Assembly: GCA_964460535.1 (NCBI GenBank)
Contig: CAYWQI010000002.1
Span: 7,254-41,489 of the forward strand
Source of the DNA: Candidatus Woesearchaeota archaeon
GTDB lineage: Archaea > Nanobdellota > Nanobdellia > Pacearchaeales > GW2011-AR1
Length of the DNA: 34,236 bases
Direction of reading: 5' to 3'
Position numbers and translations under genes: made by a program
In this document: piece after piece, positions 1-9,048 of the stretch
How the letters are laid out: every line of letters starts with the position of its first letter
Position numbering within the stretch: the stretch's first letter is position 1
The notes under the pieces: model-generated
Told to the model about the DNA's origin: nothing
Databases searched by the model: none
What the model saw: only the letters and a program-made list of their open reading frames with translations

Positions 1-106
1 CTAAGACAACCTCCGAGTTAAAATTAAAAACAACAAGAATAAAAAATGAAAGTAATAAAATTAAAAATTTTAAACCCTCATTTTTTAAAAACAACAAGAA
101 TAAAAA

Positions 107-943
107 ATGAAAGTAACTAAATTTCACATAATAGGAACAATACTAGCTGTAGTTTTAATTGGAATTTCATTTTTATTTTACACTTCAAAATTTTTCCCTC
201 TTTTATTTGGTCTTGGAATTATTATTGGAATTATGCCTTATGTAATAACTATTATTAAAGAGAATCAAAAAGAAAATGAAAAAGAACAAATGTTTCTTGA
301 ATTTACACGAAGTCTTGCTGAAAGTGTTAAGACAGGAACACCAATAAGTAAAAGTATTATTAATGTTAAGGACAAGCCATTTGGGGTTTTGTCTCCTAAT
401 GTAAGGAAACTTGCAAATCAAATTTCAATTGGAATTCCATTAAGAATAGCATTAAGAACTTTTTCAAGAGATACAAATAATAGGACAATTTCTCGTGCAT
501 TAACTTTAATTGGACAAGCAGAACAAGCAGGAGGGGATATAGGAAAGATTCTTGAGTCAGCTTCATCAGCAATTAATGTTTCTGATAAACTTAAAAAAGA
601 AAGAAAAGCTTCAATTTCAACTCTTGTTGTGCAAGGATATATTATCTTTTTTATATTTATAATTATTGTATTAGTAATGCAATTTAAAATCATTCCAATG
701 CTCTCTGGAATTTCTGGATTTAGTGGAGTAAGTGGAATGGTTGGTGGAACTGAAGGAGGAGCAATAAATCAAAGTGAAATTGCAAATTCTTTTCTTTACT
801 TGTTATTAATACAGGGTTTTTTTTCAGGACTTGCTATTGGAAAACTTTCAGAAGGAAATATTAAAAACGGATTAAAACATTCAGTTGCACTTGTAGTTGT
901 TTCATTTATTATTTTTGTAAGTGCAAACTTGTTATTTGGATAA
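107..943 (+). CDS. Polytopic membrane protein, type II secretion system F-domain / FlaJ-TadC-like pilus or archaellum assembly platform
   Basis: 278 aa with several hydrophobic helices around a soluble loop, as in TadC/FlaJ-family proteins. The next gene starts 1 nt after its stop and encodes a pilin-like signal. Family assignment is by pattern only. Confidence 0.45.
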   Translation: MKVTKFHIIGTILAVVLIGISFLFYTSKFFPLLFGLGIIIGIMPYVITIIKENQKENEKEQMFLEFTRSLAESVKTGTPISKSIINVKDKPFGVLSPNVRKLANQISIGIPLRIALRTFSRDTNNRTISRALTLIGQAEQAGGDIGKILESASSAINVSDKLKKERKASISTLVVQGYIIFFIFIIIVLVMQFKIIPMLSGISGFSGVSGMVGGTEGGAINQSEIANSFLYLLLIQGFFSGLAIGKLSEGNIKNGLKHSVALVVVSFIIFVSANLLFG

Positions 944-944
944 A

Positions 945-1667
945 ATGAAATTAAGAAAATTAAATAAAAAAGCATCACATGTAGGAATGATTTTATCATT
1001 TGTGATTTTTGTAACTTTTTTGATTTATATTTTTTCTGTACTTGAACCTACTATAAAGACAGGACCTCCAAAAACTGATTCTTTAGGAATTTTAAAAAAT
1101 AGAGTTTTAACAGATGTTACTTCAGAACTTGTAACAATTACTTATAAATTAAATTTAAGTGAGGATTCTAAAGATGAAACTTGTTTGGAGATTCCTTTAA
1201 AAGATGATTATTCTGATTTAAATATTAGTGTTGTTAATATGGATGATAATGTGATTAATTCTTATAAACAAGAGGGTTCTGTTGTTTTTGAAAATCCTGA
1301 AGAAGATTTTATTAAAATAAAACATGTGAATTTTGATATTAATAGTAGTTATTCTTGTTCTGATTCTTTTAATTTAGAAAGTAAAGAATATGCAATTCAG
1401 TCAATAAAGATAAGAGAGTATGTTTTTGTATCTGAAATATTAGATTTTCTTAAAGAGTATGATTCTAATTACACTAATTTAAAAAATTCACTTGGAGTTG
1501 CAACTGGTGATGAATTTGCAATTGATTTTAAATATGAAAATGGAACTATTCTTTCATCAAGAGAAAAGTTTCCAGATAAAAATATCTTTGTAAAAGATGT
1601 TTCTGTTCAATATGTAGATATGAAAACAAAATTAAATCTTGGAGAACTTAAAATTAAAATTTGGTAA
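945..1667 (+). CDS. Hypothetical secreted/anchored protein with class III (type IV pilin-like) signal peptide
   Basis: ATG at 945 lies 1 nt after the upstream stop; the track's GTG at 921 overlaps the previous gene. The N-terminus MKLRKLNKKA/SHVGMILSFVIFVTFLIYIF is a basic stretch followed by a hydrophobic helix. Confidence 0.4.
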   Translation: MKLRKLNKKASHVGMILSFVIFVTFLIYIFSVLEPTIKTGPPKTDSLGILKNRVLTDVTSELVTITYKLNLSEDSKDETCLEIPLKDDYSDLNISVVNMDDNVINSYKQEGSVVFENPEEDFIKIKHVNFDINSSYSCSDSFNLESKEYAIQSIKIREYVFVSEILDFLKEYDSNYTNLKNSLGVATGDEFAIDFKYENGTILSSREKFPDKNIFVKDVSVQYVDMKTKLNLGELKIKIW

Positions 1668-1695
1668 AATGAGGAATATTTTTAATCTAAGAGAA

Positions 1696-1830
1696 TGATT
1701 AATAGTTGTGGAAGCATTTGAACTTGTTTTTCTACCTGTGTTTTATTAGAGTTATTTTAGTTAGTAGAGATATCTTTTAAGAGTTATTGATTTAGAATTT
1801 TAGTTTTAAGAAAAGTTTGTTCTCGTTGTG
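1696..1830 (+). repeat. Degenerate fragment of the MITE-like family (central part only)
   Basis: GATTAATAGTtgtgg and AGAGATATCTTTTAAGAGT resemble the GATTAATAGTAAAAAC and AAGATATCTTCTAATAGT core of intact copies. No termini are recognisable. Confidence 0.3.
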
Positions 1831-1901
1831 TTGCGATTGGAATTTTTATTTTTTGCCTTTTTTATTTGAATATATTTTTTCTGGATTAAAACAAGGATTT
1901 C

Positions 1902-2120
1902 ATAACTTGTAACACTGATCACAAAAACAAATAAAGTCATTAACTCTAAATTAATAGTAAAAACTTTCATAGCTTAAACATAACAATCTGTGAGATATCT
2001 TCTAATAATAAGGAATTCAAAGGCACAAATATACAAGAAAACTTCAGAAGATGTTAATTAATCCATTAAGTCTAGAAAGAAGAAAATTATGAAGAAGAAT
2101 ATGTTTTAGTTACTAGGTAC
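1902..2120 (+). mobile_element. MITE-like element, copy A
   Basis: Left end ATAACTTGTAACAC, core TTAATAGTAAAAACTTT...AAAGGCAC...GTTAATTAA, right end GTTACTAGGTAC. The flanking 8-mers AGGATTTC (1894-1901) and AGGGTTTC (2121-2128) match 7/8. Confidence 0.7.
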
Positions 2121-2163
2121 AGGGTTTCAAAACCTTAATAAAGTATTCTTATTTTATTTTTAT

Positions 2164-2793
2164 ATGAAATTAAAAGTTTGTCCAAAATGTGGGTCTACTA
2201 ATATTGATTATAAACCAACGGTTCTTGAATCAAGTCTTGGTTCAGCTTTACATACCCATAGATGTAATAATTGTGGATATGAGAGTAAATTATTCTTAGA
2301 AATAGATGAAAAGAATTTTAAAGAAAACAAAAAATCTCAAATTAAAAAATATAAATTTCTAGAACATACTGCAGATGTTAAATTTCAAGCTAGAGGAGAT
2401 ACTTTAGAACAAGCATTTAAAAATTCAGCTCTTGCTTTTCAAGAAACTATGACTCAAGGAGAGAAAATAAAATCAAAAGCCAGTAAAAAAATATCTCTTT
2501 CAGTTAAAAGCAGAGGAATTGAGGGCTTGCTTGTGGATTTTTTGCAAGAATTTTTGTATTTATTTGATTCTGAAAGTTTTGTTTTATCTAAAATAAAGAA
2601 ACTTAAGATTAAAGAACTTTTAAAGGGTTATGAATTGTATTCAGAAGTTTCAGGAGATTATCTTGAAAATACAGATAAGGGAACAAATTATAAATTTACA
2701 AATAATATAAAAGCAATTACATTAAATGATTTGTTTGTTAAAAAAGATAAAAAAACAGATAAATGGATTTGTCAAGTTGTTTTAGATGTTTAA
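2164..2793 (+). CDS. Archease (RtcB activator) with N-terminal CxxC...CxxC zinc-ribbon extension
   Basis: KFLEHTADVKFQARGDTLEQAFKNSALAF matches the archease N-terminal signature. It is preceded by CPKCGS...CNNCGY. rtcB lies about 750 bp downstream on the opposite strand. Confidence 0.75.
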   Translation: MKLKVCPKCGSTNIDYKPTVLESSLGSALHTHRCNNCGYESKLFLEIDEKNFKENKKSQIKKYKFLEHTADVKFQARGDTLEQAFKNSALAFQETMTQGEKIKSKASKKISLSVKSRGIEGLLVDFLQEFLYLFDSESFVLSKIKKLKIKELLKGYELYSEVSGDYLENTDKGTNYKFTNNIKAITLNDLFVKKDKKTDKWICQVVLDV

Positions 2794-2962
2794 TTGATTA
2801 GGGATTTTTATTTAACATTAGGATTTGATGAATCTTTTGAGAATCAAAAATTTTTGGGAGCGAAGTACAACAAGTGTTTAATAATATAAAGGCAGGCATT
2901 ACTAATTTTTAGATAGTAACACTTTCGAAATGTTTTTAAAGTTTAATTTAATTCTTTTTTAC

Positions 2963-3442
2963 ATGAATCATTTATTTGTAGCAAGACACGGAAATTATAA
3001 TCTGGATAGAAGATTAGATTATTATGGTCGCCAGCAAATGGAAGTGTTAGGTAAAGCAATCAAAGAAATTTTGAATGGAGGTTCTGCTAGAGTTATTTCT
3101 TCAACAGCTCCTCGAGCGAGGGATAGTTCAGAAGTTTTAATTGAACAACTTGCTTTACCAGAATTTAAACAAGTTCCATATTTGTGGTCTGGAAATGATG
3201 CTCCAGAGGATAGCTTTTATTATAATCCAGACAGAGATAGATTGATGAAACTTGTGAATGAAAGAAGGGAGGGTGTTAACGGACTAGTAATGGTTACTCA
3301 TCTAGAGGTGGCAGAAGAATTACCTAGTTATTTCCTTAAAAAAGAATTGGGGAAAGATGAATATGTTGGAGAGATTTCAAAAGGACAAGCTGTTCATTTA
3401 GACTTAGAAGAAAAAAATTATCAGATTCTACCAAGAAGATAA
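2963..3442 (+). CDS. Histidine phosphatase superfamily protein (PGAM/SixA-like)
   Basis: The RHG motif (LFVARHGN) directly follows the ATG at 2963, with a downstream VTHLE histidine. The track start at 2930 adds a hydrophobic leader that is probably not translated. Confidence 0.6.
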   Translation: MNHLFVARHGNYNLDRRLDYYGRQQMEVLGKAIKEILNGGSARVISSTAPRARDSSEVLIEQLALPEFKQVPYLWSGNDAPEDSFYYNPDRDRLMKLVNERREGVNGLVMVTHLEVAEELPSYFLKKELGKDEYVGEISKGQAVHLDLEEKNYQILPRR

Positions 3443-3545
3443 TGTCTGCATTACAATTTAATTTTCTAGTTTTTGAAATATAACTTTTTTAAGAAATTAT
3501 TTTTTACTTTTGATGTTAAGGATTTTAATGACTTTTGAATTTTAT

Positions 3546-4940
3546 TCAACCTTTCATAACAGCTAGAGGAACAAGACGAACAACTTTTTTTGCAATATCT
3601 AATTTATCTGAAACAAGTGCAACTTCATCAATGTCCTTGTATGCTTGAGGAGCTTCTTCAGAAATACCTCTTGAACTTCCAGCTTCTATTTCAATGTTTT
3701 TTTCTTGAAGTTGTTTTTTGATGTCATTTGAATTTAATGTATGGATTGCTTTTCCTCTTGACATAACTCTTCCAGCTCCGTGTGTTGTTGAACTCCAGGA
3801 TAGTTCTTTAGATTTTTTTCCTCCAATTAACACATAACTTGCAGTTCCCATGCTTCCAGGAATAAGAACTGGTTGTCCTTCAAATGCTCTTGTGGCTCCT
3901 TTTCTATGAACACAAACTTTTTGTTTTTTTCCTTCTACTAGATGTTCTTCTATTTTTGCAATATTATGACAAACATCATAAATCAAATCTGCTTTTGAAT
4001 TTGGAAAGTGTTTTTCTAAAACTTCTCTTGTATAATTCAATATTATTTGTCTATTACAAAATGCAAAATTAACTGCACAATTCATTGCTGAAAGATATTC
4101 TTGTCCTTGTTTTGAATTTAAAGGTGCATAAACTAGTTCTTTGTCTGGAAGGTTTTTTGTTTCAGAAGGAAATTCTTCTTCAAAGTATTTTATATAATCA
4201 CTTGCTATTTGATGTCCTAAACCTCTAGAACCACAATGAATCATTATTAAGATATTGTCTTTATTTATTCCAAAAGTTTTTGCAGTTTGTTCATCAATAA
4301 TCTCATCTACTTTTTGAATTTCTAAAAAATGATTTCCAGCTCCGAGAGTTCCAAGTTGAGGCAATCCTCTTTTCAATGCTCTTTGAGAAATATTGTCTGG
4401 ATTTGCAGGAGAAATTTTTCCATTTTCTTCACAATTTTCTAAATCTTCTTTAACTCCCTTACCTTGTTGTATAGCCCATTCTGCTCCTAATGTTAAAACT
4501 TGTTTTAATTCTTCATAATTTATATTTTTTTCTTGTTTATGTCCTCTACCCACACCAGAAGGAATTGTTCTTTTTAAATCATGAAGAAATTCTTTTCTTT
4601 TTTTTAAAAATTCTTTCACAGAAACATTTGTTGAAATTAAACGAACTCCGCAATTAATATCAAAGCCAATGCCCCCAGGAATTATAATTCCTTTTTCAAT
4701 ATCAAAAGCAGCTACTCCTCCAATTGGGAAGCCATAACCGACATGCATATCACTCATACCAATTGAATGTCTCAATATTCCTGGAAGTGTTGCAACAGAT
4801 GCAATTTGTTTTAAAGAATCTTCTTCAATTGCTTCTAAAAGCTTATCTGAAAAAAATATCCTTCCAGGAACTTTCATCTTTCCTATTTTAGGCAATTCAT
4901 ATACATTCTCTTTTATTTTTTTGAGTTTTTCTTTATACAT
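3546..4940 (-). CDS. rtcB: RNA-splicing ligase RtcB
   Basis: 464 aa with contiguous RtcB motifs GFDINCGVR, GAGNHFLE, HCGSRGLGH, HRKGAT and HGAGR. There is no intein-sized insertion. The stop codon is TGA. Confidence 0.95.
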   Translation of the reverse strand: MYKEKLKKIKENVYELPKIGKMKVPGRIFFSDKLLEAIEEDSLKQIASVATLPGILRHSIGMSDMHVGYGFPIGGVAAFDIEKGIIIPGGIGFDINCGVRLISTNVSVKEFLKKRKEFLHDLKRTIPSGVGRGHKQEKNINYEELKQVLTLGAEWAIQQGKGVKEDLENCEENGKISPANPDNISQRALKRGLPQLGTLGAGNHFLEIQKVDEIIDEQTAKTFGINKDNILIMIHCGSRGLGHQIASDYIKYFEEEFPSETKNLPDKELVYAPLNSKQGQEYLSAMNCAVNFAFCNRQIILNYTREVLEKHFPNSKADLIYDVCHNIAKIEEHLVEGKKQKVCVHRKGATRAFEGQPVLIPGSMGTASYVLIGGKKSKELSWSSTTHGAGRVMSRGKAIHTLNSNDIKKQLQEKNIEIEAGSSRGISEEAPQAYKDIDEVALVSDKLDIAKKVVRLVPLAVMKG

Positions 4941-5806
4941 TTTATTATTTCTAATGAAAGTAATTTGGCATTAATTAATCTTTCTATTTCTTCTTTTTTA
5001 TTTATATTTAACTCATAATAAATATTTCCCAACCCATTTACCCTTTTATATAATAGGCAATTAATATTATAAAAATGTTTTAAATATCTTGAAAGTTTTA
5101 AAAGATTTAATTTTTCTTTTGAAAAAATTCTTATATACTTTTTACTTCTTAATCTACATTTATCCCTCATTAATTTCTTAATGAAACTTTTTAACAAGTG
5201 TTCTTTTTTTGGAAAATCCCAAAGATAAATAACATAATCTCCAATAGCTTGTTCTAATTTTTCCCTCTTTTTTGGATGTAAAAATCCAATTTCTTTTCTA
5301 AATTTTATTAAATTGTTTTTTCCAAAAATATATATTCTAAACATCCTTCTTTTTTTATTTTGTTTCTTAATTGTTTTTATACCTAATTGATTAAGAGATG
5401 ATATGATCTGATTTATTCCTTGTTCATTTATTGAATCTAATCCAATATGCCTATTTTGGTGGGTCTTGATAAAAACCCATCCATCACAATCAAAAAAAGA
5501 TTTTAACCAAATTTTAGTTAGTTTTTTATTTAGTTTTGGCATTTTCCACTCTTTTGAGCTACAAGAACCAAATTTTTTTATTAATTTTTCATGAATTTCT
5601 TTAGAGTTTTTTCGACATCTTTCCTTTTCAGTTATCTTTGGCTTAACACCAAAATATTTAAAAAATTTATCTTGAAAATCCATTAATAAAGTTTTATCTG
5701 TATTCCTTAAACCAATTACATAATTTTTCCATTTTTTTGGATTAGTAACATAACCATCGGCACAAAGATAGGCATGAATTGAAGAGAGATTTTCATCAAA
5801 TTTCAT
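4913..5806 (-). CDS. Free-standing double-motif LAGLIDADG homing endonuclease-like protein
   Basis: Two LAGLIDADG motifs (IHAYLCADGYV and LKSFFDCDGWV) plus a basic C-terminal extension of about 110 aa. Its 3' end overlaps the rtcB start by 28 nt in another frame. Confidence 0.75.
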   Translation of the reverse strand: MKFDENLSSIHAYLCADGYVTNPKKWKNYVIGLRNTDKTLLMDFQDKFFKYFGVKPKITEKERCRKNSKEIHEKLIKKFGSCSSKEWKMPKLNKKLTKIWLKSFFDCDGWVFIKTHQNRHIGLDSINEQGINQIISSLNQLGIKTIKKQNKKRRMFRIYIFGKNNLIKFRKEIGFLHPKKREKLEQAIGDYVIYLWDFPKKEHLLKSFIKKLMRDKCRLRSKKYIRIFSKEKLNLLKLSRYLKHFYNINCLLYKRVNGLGNIYYELNINKKEEIERLINAKLLSLEIIKCIKKNSKK

Positions 5807-5842
5807 TTATATAAAAAGAACAAACACTTTAAATACCTTTTG

Positions 5843-5886
5843 ATTATCTGGCATTTTTTATTTCTTTCATTTTAGATTATTAGATA
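5843..5886 (+). repeat. Possible internally deleted MITE relic (two terminus-like motifs only)
   Basis: ATTATCTGGCA and GATTATTAGATA resemble the left and right family termini but lie only about 20 nt apart. Confidence 0.2.
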
Positions 5887-5935
5887 AATATTGTAGTTTA
5901 TAAAATTGTGGATTAATTTTTTAATTGCTAATTAA

Positions 5936-6415
5936 TTATTTTTTTAAATTTTTATTTACAATTTTTAGAGAATCTTTTTGATTTTTCCATGTTAATAATT
6001 TTATTGCTTGTTTAAAAGAACACCATTTAAAAGAAGAATGTTCTTTTTTATCAAGTTTGACTTTTTGAGAATAAGGAATTTCAACACTATAAAGATGATA
6101 GCTTTGTCCTATTGTTCCTGGACGGTCTTTTAATTCCTTAGTATAAAGATATTTTCCTTTTATAGGATATTTTTTTAATGTTTTTTTCTTAGGAACAAGT
6201 CCTGTTTCTTCTTGAACTTCTCTTAAAGCTGTATTTTTTCTATTTAATATCTCATACAATTCAATTTTTCCTTTTGGAAATTCCCAACCTTTCCAATGAA
6301 GTTTTCTTTTTAATAATAAGTATTTAATTTCTTTTTTTGAAGTAATTGTATAACAAACACAAAAGATTGCTTTTCTATATTTTCCTGTTTTTTGTTTTCC
6401 TCTTTTTTTCACCAT
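5936..6415 (-). CDS. NUDIX hydrolase
   Basis: The Nudix box is readable: GKIELYEILNRKNTALREVQEETGL (G-x5-E-x7-REVQEETG). Confidence 0.8.
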   Translation of the reverse strand: MVKKRGKQKTGKYRKAIFCVCYTITSKKEIKYLLLKRKLHWKGWEFPKGKIELYEILNRKNTALREVQEETGLVPKKKTLKKYPIKGKYLYTKELKDRPGTIGQSYHLYSVEIPYSQKVKLDKKEHSSFKWCSFKQAIKLLTWKNQKDSLKIVNKNLKK

Positions 6416-6450
6416 AAATAAAGAGAAGAATTAGAGTTTTTAAATTTTGT

Positions 6451-6661
6451 TAGGATTGTAACGCAAGTCAAAGTCTAAACAATCCACTGAAGTGGGATTA
6501 ATAGTAAAAATTTTAGGATTTGTATATAGCAGAATATAAGAATATCTATCAATAGGAGCAATAAAGGCACGATATACCTGAGAATCCCAAAAGACGTTAA
6601 TTTAAATTCCTTAAATTTGCAAGGCAGAAAATTCTTTTATTAAATAAAGATTATTAGATAC
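6451..6661 (+). mobile_element. MITE-like element, copy B
   Basis: Left end TAGGATTGTAACGC, core GATTAATAGTAAAAA...AAAGGCAC...GTTAATTTAA, right end GATTATTAGATAC. No clear target-site duplication. Confidence 0.6.
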
Positions 6662-6691
6662 TTGTATTTTATTTAAAAAATAATTAGAAAA

Positions 6692-8005
6692 TTATTCTCC
6701 CCATTTTTCTAAAGCTTGTTTTAACTCAGGATGATTTTTTGAATATTGTTTTAGAGTTTTGTTTTCAAGAGTTGCTTTAACAGCTTGTCTCATTGCCCTT
6801 GCTCCGTAAAGTGTTCCAGAAGGATGTCCGTGTATTCCTCCACCTGCCTGAATAACAACATCCTTGCCCATTGATTTCATAATTTTAGGAACTACTCCAG
6901 GATAAACTCCTCCTGATGCAACTCCAAAAACTGGTTTCATTCCATACCATCTTTGTTTTAGATATTGGTGTGTTTTTTTAGTGTAATCTTTTTCAATATC
7001 TTGTTCAATATGAAGAACTTCTTCTTTAGGACCTTGCATTTTTCCGTAAACTGCTCCAATATGAAGTGTGTCAACACCAACCATTCTAGATAGTTGAGCT
7101 ATTACTTCCATTGACATTCCAAAACCAACTCCGAATTCAATTCTGTCAAACATTGCGTGACCTGCTCTATGTGCATGAATTGGAAGTTTTGTTTGTTTTC
7201 TTGCCCATTGCAAGGCACTCCAACCAAGAGTTAATATATCTAGCATAATGTAATTTCCACCATGGTTTTCAACAAACTTGATTCTTTTTAACATTTCATC
7301 TGCAGGAGCAGTGCAATTACAAAGATAAACCTTTTTTTCTCCTGTTTCTTTTTCAGCTTCTTTGCATTTTTTTATTGTTTTTAAAAATCTTGTTTTGAAT
7401 TTATTAAAATTTTGACTTGTTAAATTTTCATCATCTTTTACAATATCACATCCTCCTAACCAAGAATCATAAGCAACTATTGCGTGCTCTTCGCTGTTTA
7501 AACCAACCTTGGGTTTTACAATTGTTCCTACTAGGGGCCTGTCATAAACCTTGAGATATTTTCTAATTCCTTTGATACCATATTGAGGACCTAGAAATGA
7601 ATGCAGTAATTTTTTTGGTAAAGTTACATCTTCCCAAAACAAACCTTTTACTGAAGACATACCATAAATATTTCCTCCAATACTTGATAAAACACCAGGC
7701 AAATTTCCTAATTCAAATAATTCTATAGGATATGCTATTCTAATTCTTTTTTCTTTTTTATTAATTTCAAAAACTTTAGGAGAAAGTTTTTTTCCAATAG
7801 ATTTGTTCATTGTCTGAACATCTGTCCAGGTTCCTACACTTGATTCTCCTGCAATAATACTTGAGATTTCTTCTAGAGTGTATCCTTTAGAAGGTTGAAC
7901 CTTAAATTGACATACAATGTCAGTTTTTTTTGGTTTGTAATTTAATTGAAGAAAACTTTCATACTTGTATGATTTCTTTTTTATTTTTTTTGAATTTTTT
8001 TTCAT
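6692..8005 (-). CDS. rbcL: Ribulose-1,5-bisphosphate carboxylase large subunit, form III-like
   Basis: Catalytic motifs are intact: GTIVKPKVGL, GGCDIVKDDENL (carbamylated Lys with Asp/Glu), HAHRAGHA and GGGIHGHPSG. A GAGGTGA Shine-Dalgarno-like motif lies 5 nt upstream of the ATG. Confidence 0.95.
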   Translation of the reverse strand: MKKNSKKIKKKSYKYESFLQLNYKPKKTDIVCQFKVQPSKGYTLEEISSIIAGESSVGTWTDVQTMNKSIGKKLSPKVFEINKKEKRIRIAYPIELFELGNLPGVLSSIGGNIYGMSSVKGLFWEDVTLPKKLLHSFLGPQYGIKGIRKYLKVYDRPLVGTIVKPKVGLNSEEHAIVAYDSWLGGCDIVKDDENLTSQNFNKFKTRFLKTIKKCKEAEKETGEKKVYLCNCTAPADEMLKRIKFVENHGGNYIMLDILTLGWSALQWARKQTKLPIHAHRAGHAMFDRIEFGVGFGMSMEVIAQLSRMVGVDTLHIGAVYGKMQGPKEEVLHIEQDIEKDYTKKTHQYLKQRWYGMKPVFGVASGGVYPGVVPKIMKSMGKDVVIQAGGGIHGHPSGTLYGARAMRQAVKATLENKTLKQYSKNHPELKQALEKWGE

Positions 8006-8008
8006 TCT

Positions 8009-8728
8009 TCACCTCTCTTGATTATCTAAGTTTTTTAGTATATTTAAAACTTTTGGAATATTTTTAATTGTAAAATCTGGCCTTGAAAAATCTTTTTTGT
8101 TTTTCTTTGTTTCTTTTTTTCCAATAAGTATGGTGTCTATACCTACAGAATTTGCCCCTTCAACATCATTTATTTTATTATCTCCAACCATTATTACTTC
8201 TTTAGGAAGCATGTTAATTTTATTTAAAGCAAGAAGAAACATAATTGAATGAGGTTTTTCAGAACCAGCTTCTTCTGAAGTTACAAGATAGTCAATGTAT
8301 TTTGTTATTTTTAATGCATGGATTTTTCTTAATTGAATATGTGTTGTTAAGTCTGAAACAATTAGTATTTTTATGTTCATTTTTTTAAGTTCTTTTAAAG
8401 TAGATAAAACACCTTTTCGTAATTTCATGTTTTTTAATGTAGTTCCCCAATAAATTTCATAAAGTCTCAAGATAATAGAGGGTTCAACTGTTCCTTGAAT
8501 TTTTTCAATTAATCTTTGGAAATACAAAATTCTATTATGAGAAGAAGCAGTTCCAGATAATTCTCTATGAATTTCTTTTTTAGATAAATTATATAATTCA
8601 GTAAATTTTCTATAACTAATATTTAATTTATTTTTTAAATATTTATAAACCTCTTGCATTGATTTTTTATGAACTGGTTTATAATCATAAAGAGTATTAT
8701 CTAAATCAAATAAAACTGCTTTTTTCAT
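8009..8728 (-). CDS. HAD-superfamily phosphatase
   Basis: Motif I FDLDNTLYD, motif II VSDLT, motif III SEKP, motif IV GDNKINDVEGA. The start at MKKAVLFDLD (8728) fits better than the track start, which overlaps the upstream gene. The stop is 3 nt from the rbcL start. Confidence 0.8.
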   Translation of the reverse strand: MKKAVLFDLDNTLYDYKPVHKKSMQEVYKYLKNKLNISYRKFTELYNLSKKEIHRELSGTASSHNRILYFQRLIEKIQGTVEPSIILRLYEIYWGTTLKNMKLRKGVLSTLKELKKMNIKILIVSDLTTHIQLRKIHALKITKYIDYLVTSEEAGSEKPHSIMFLLALNKINMLPKEVIMVGDNKINDVEGANSVGIDTILIGKKETKKNKKDFSRPDFTIKNIPKVLNILKNLDNQER

Positions 8729-8729
8729 T

Positions 8730-9002
8730 TTATTTATGATTAATTGCACAATTTTGTTTAATTGAATTAATTTCTTTGATAGTTTCATTTTTAAAATATT
8801 TTAATTCTTTTACATCATTTGAAACACTATCTAATTTATGAATTTGCCAACCTAAAATATATGCTCCAGCATAAAGAGGAGAATATTCTAACCATAATGA
8901 AGTATTAATTATTCCAAGAGTTTTTAATAAAAGCCAAACAAGAATAAATGCCAGGGCAATCCATGCAAGAATATCCCATATATTAATTTTTTTCATTTTC
9001 AC
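8730..9002 (-). CDS. Small two-helix membrane protein, first gene of the HAD-RuBisCO transcription unit
   Basis: 90 aa with two hydrophobic helices and GAGGTGA upstream of the ATG. It abuts the HAD gene start. Confidence 0.5.
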   Translation of the reverse strand: MKMKKINIWDILAWIALAFILVWLLLKTLGIINTSLWLEYSPLYAGAYILGWQIHKLDSVSNDVKELKYFKNETIKEINSIKQNCAINHK

Positions 9003-9048
9003 CTCTTAATTATTAGTATTTTTTGGTTTTTAATTGTTTTGTTTAAAT

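Noticed and set aside
2904-2917. Solo GTAACAC-containing motifs (AGATAGTAACAC at 2904-2917 and ATTGTAACACTAAT near 30578) as additional MITE ends.
   Set aside because: They match only 7-9 nt of the terminus, with no adjoining family sequence. They cannot be distinguished from chance or very old relics.
4913-5806. LAGLIDADG ORF as an intein of RtcB.
   Set aside because: It lies upstream of the rtcB start in a different reading frame. RtcB motifs are contiguous with no intein-sized insertion or splice-junction residues.
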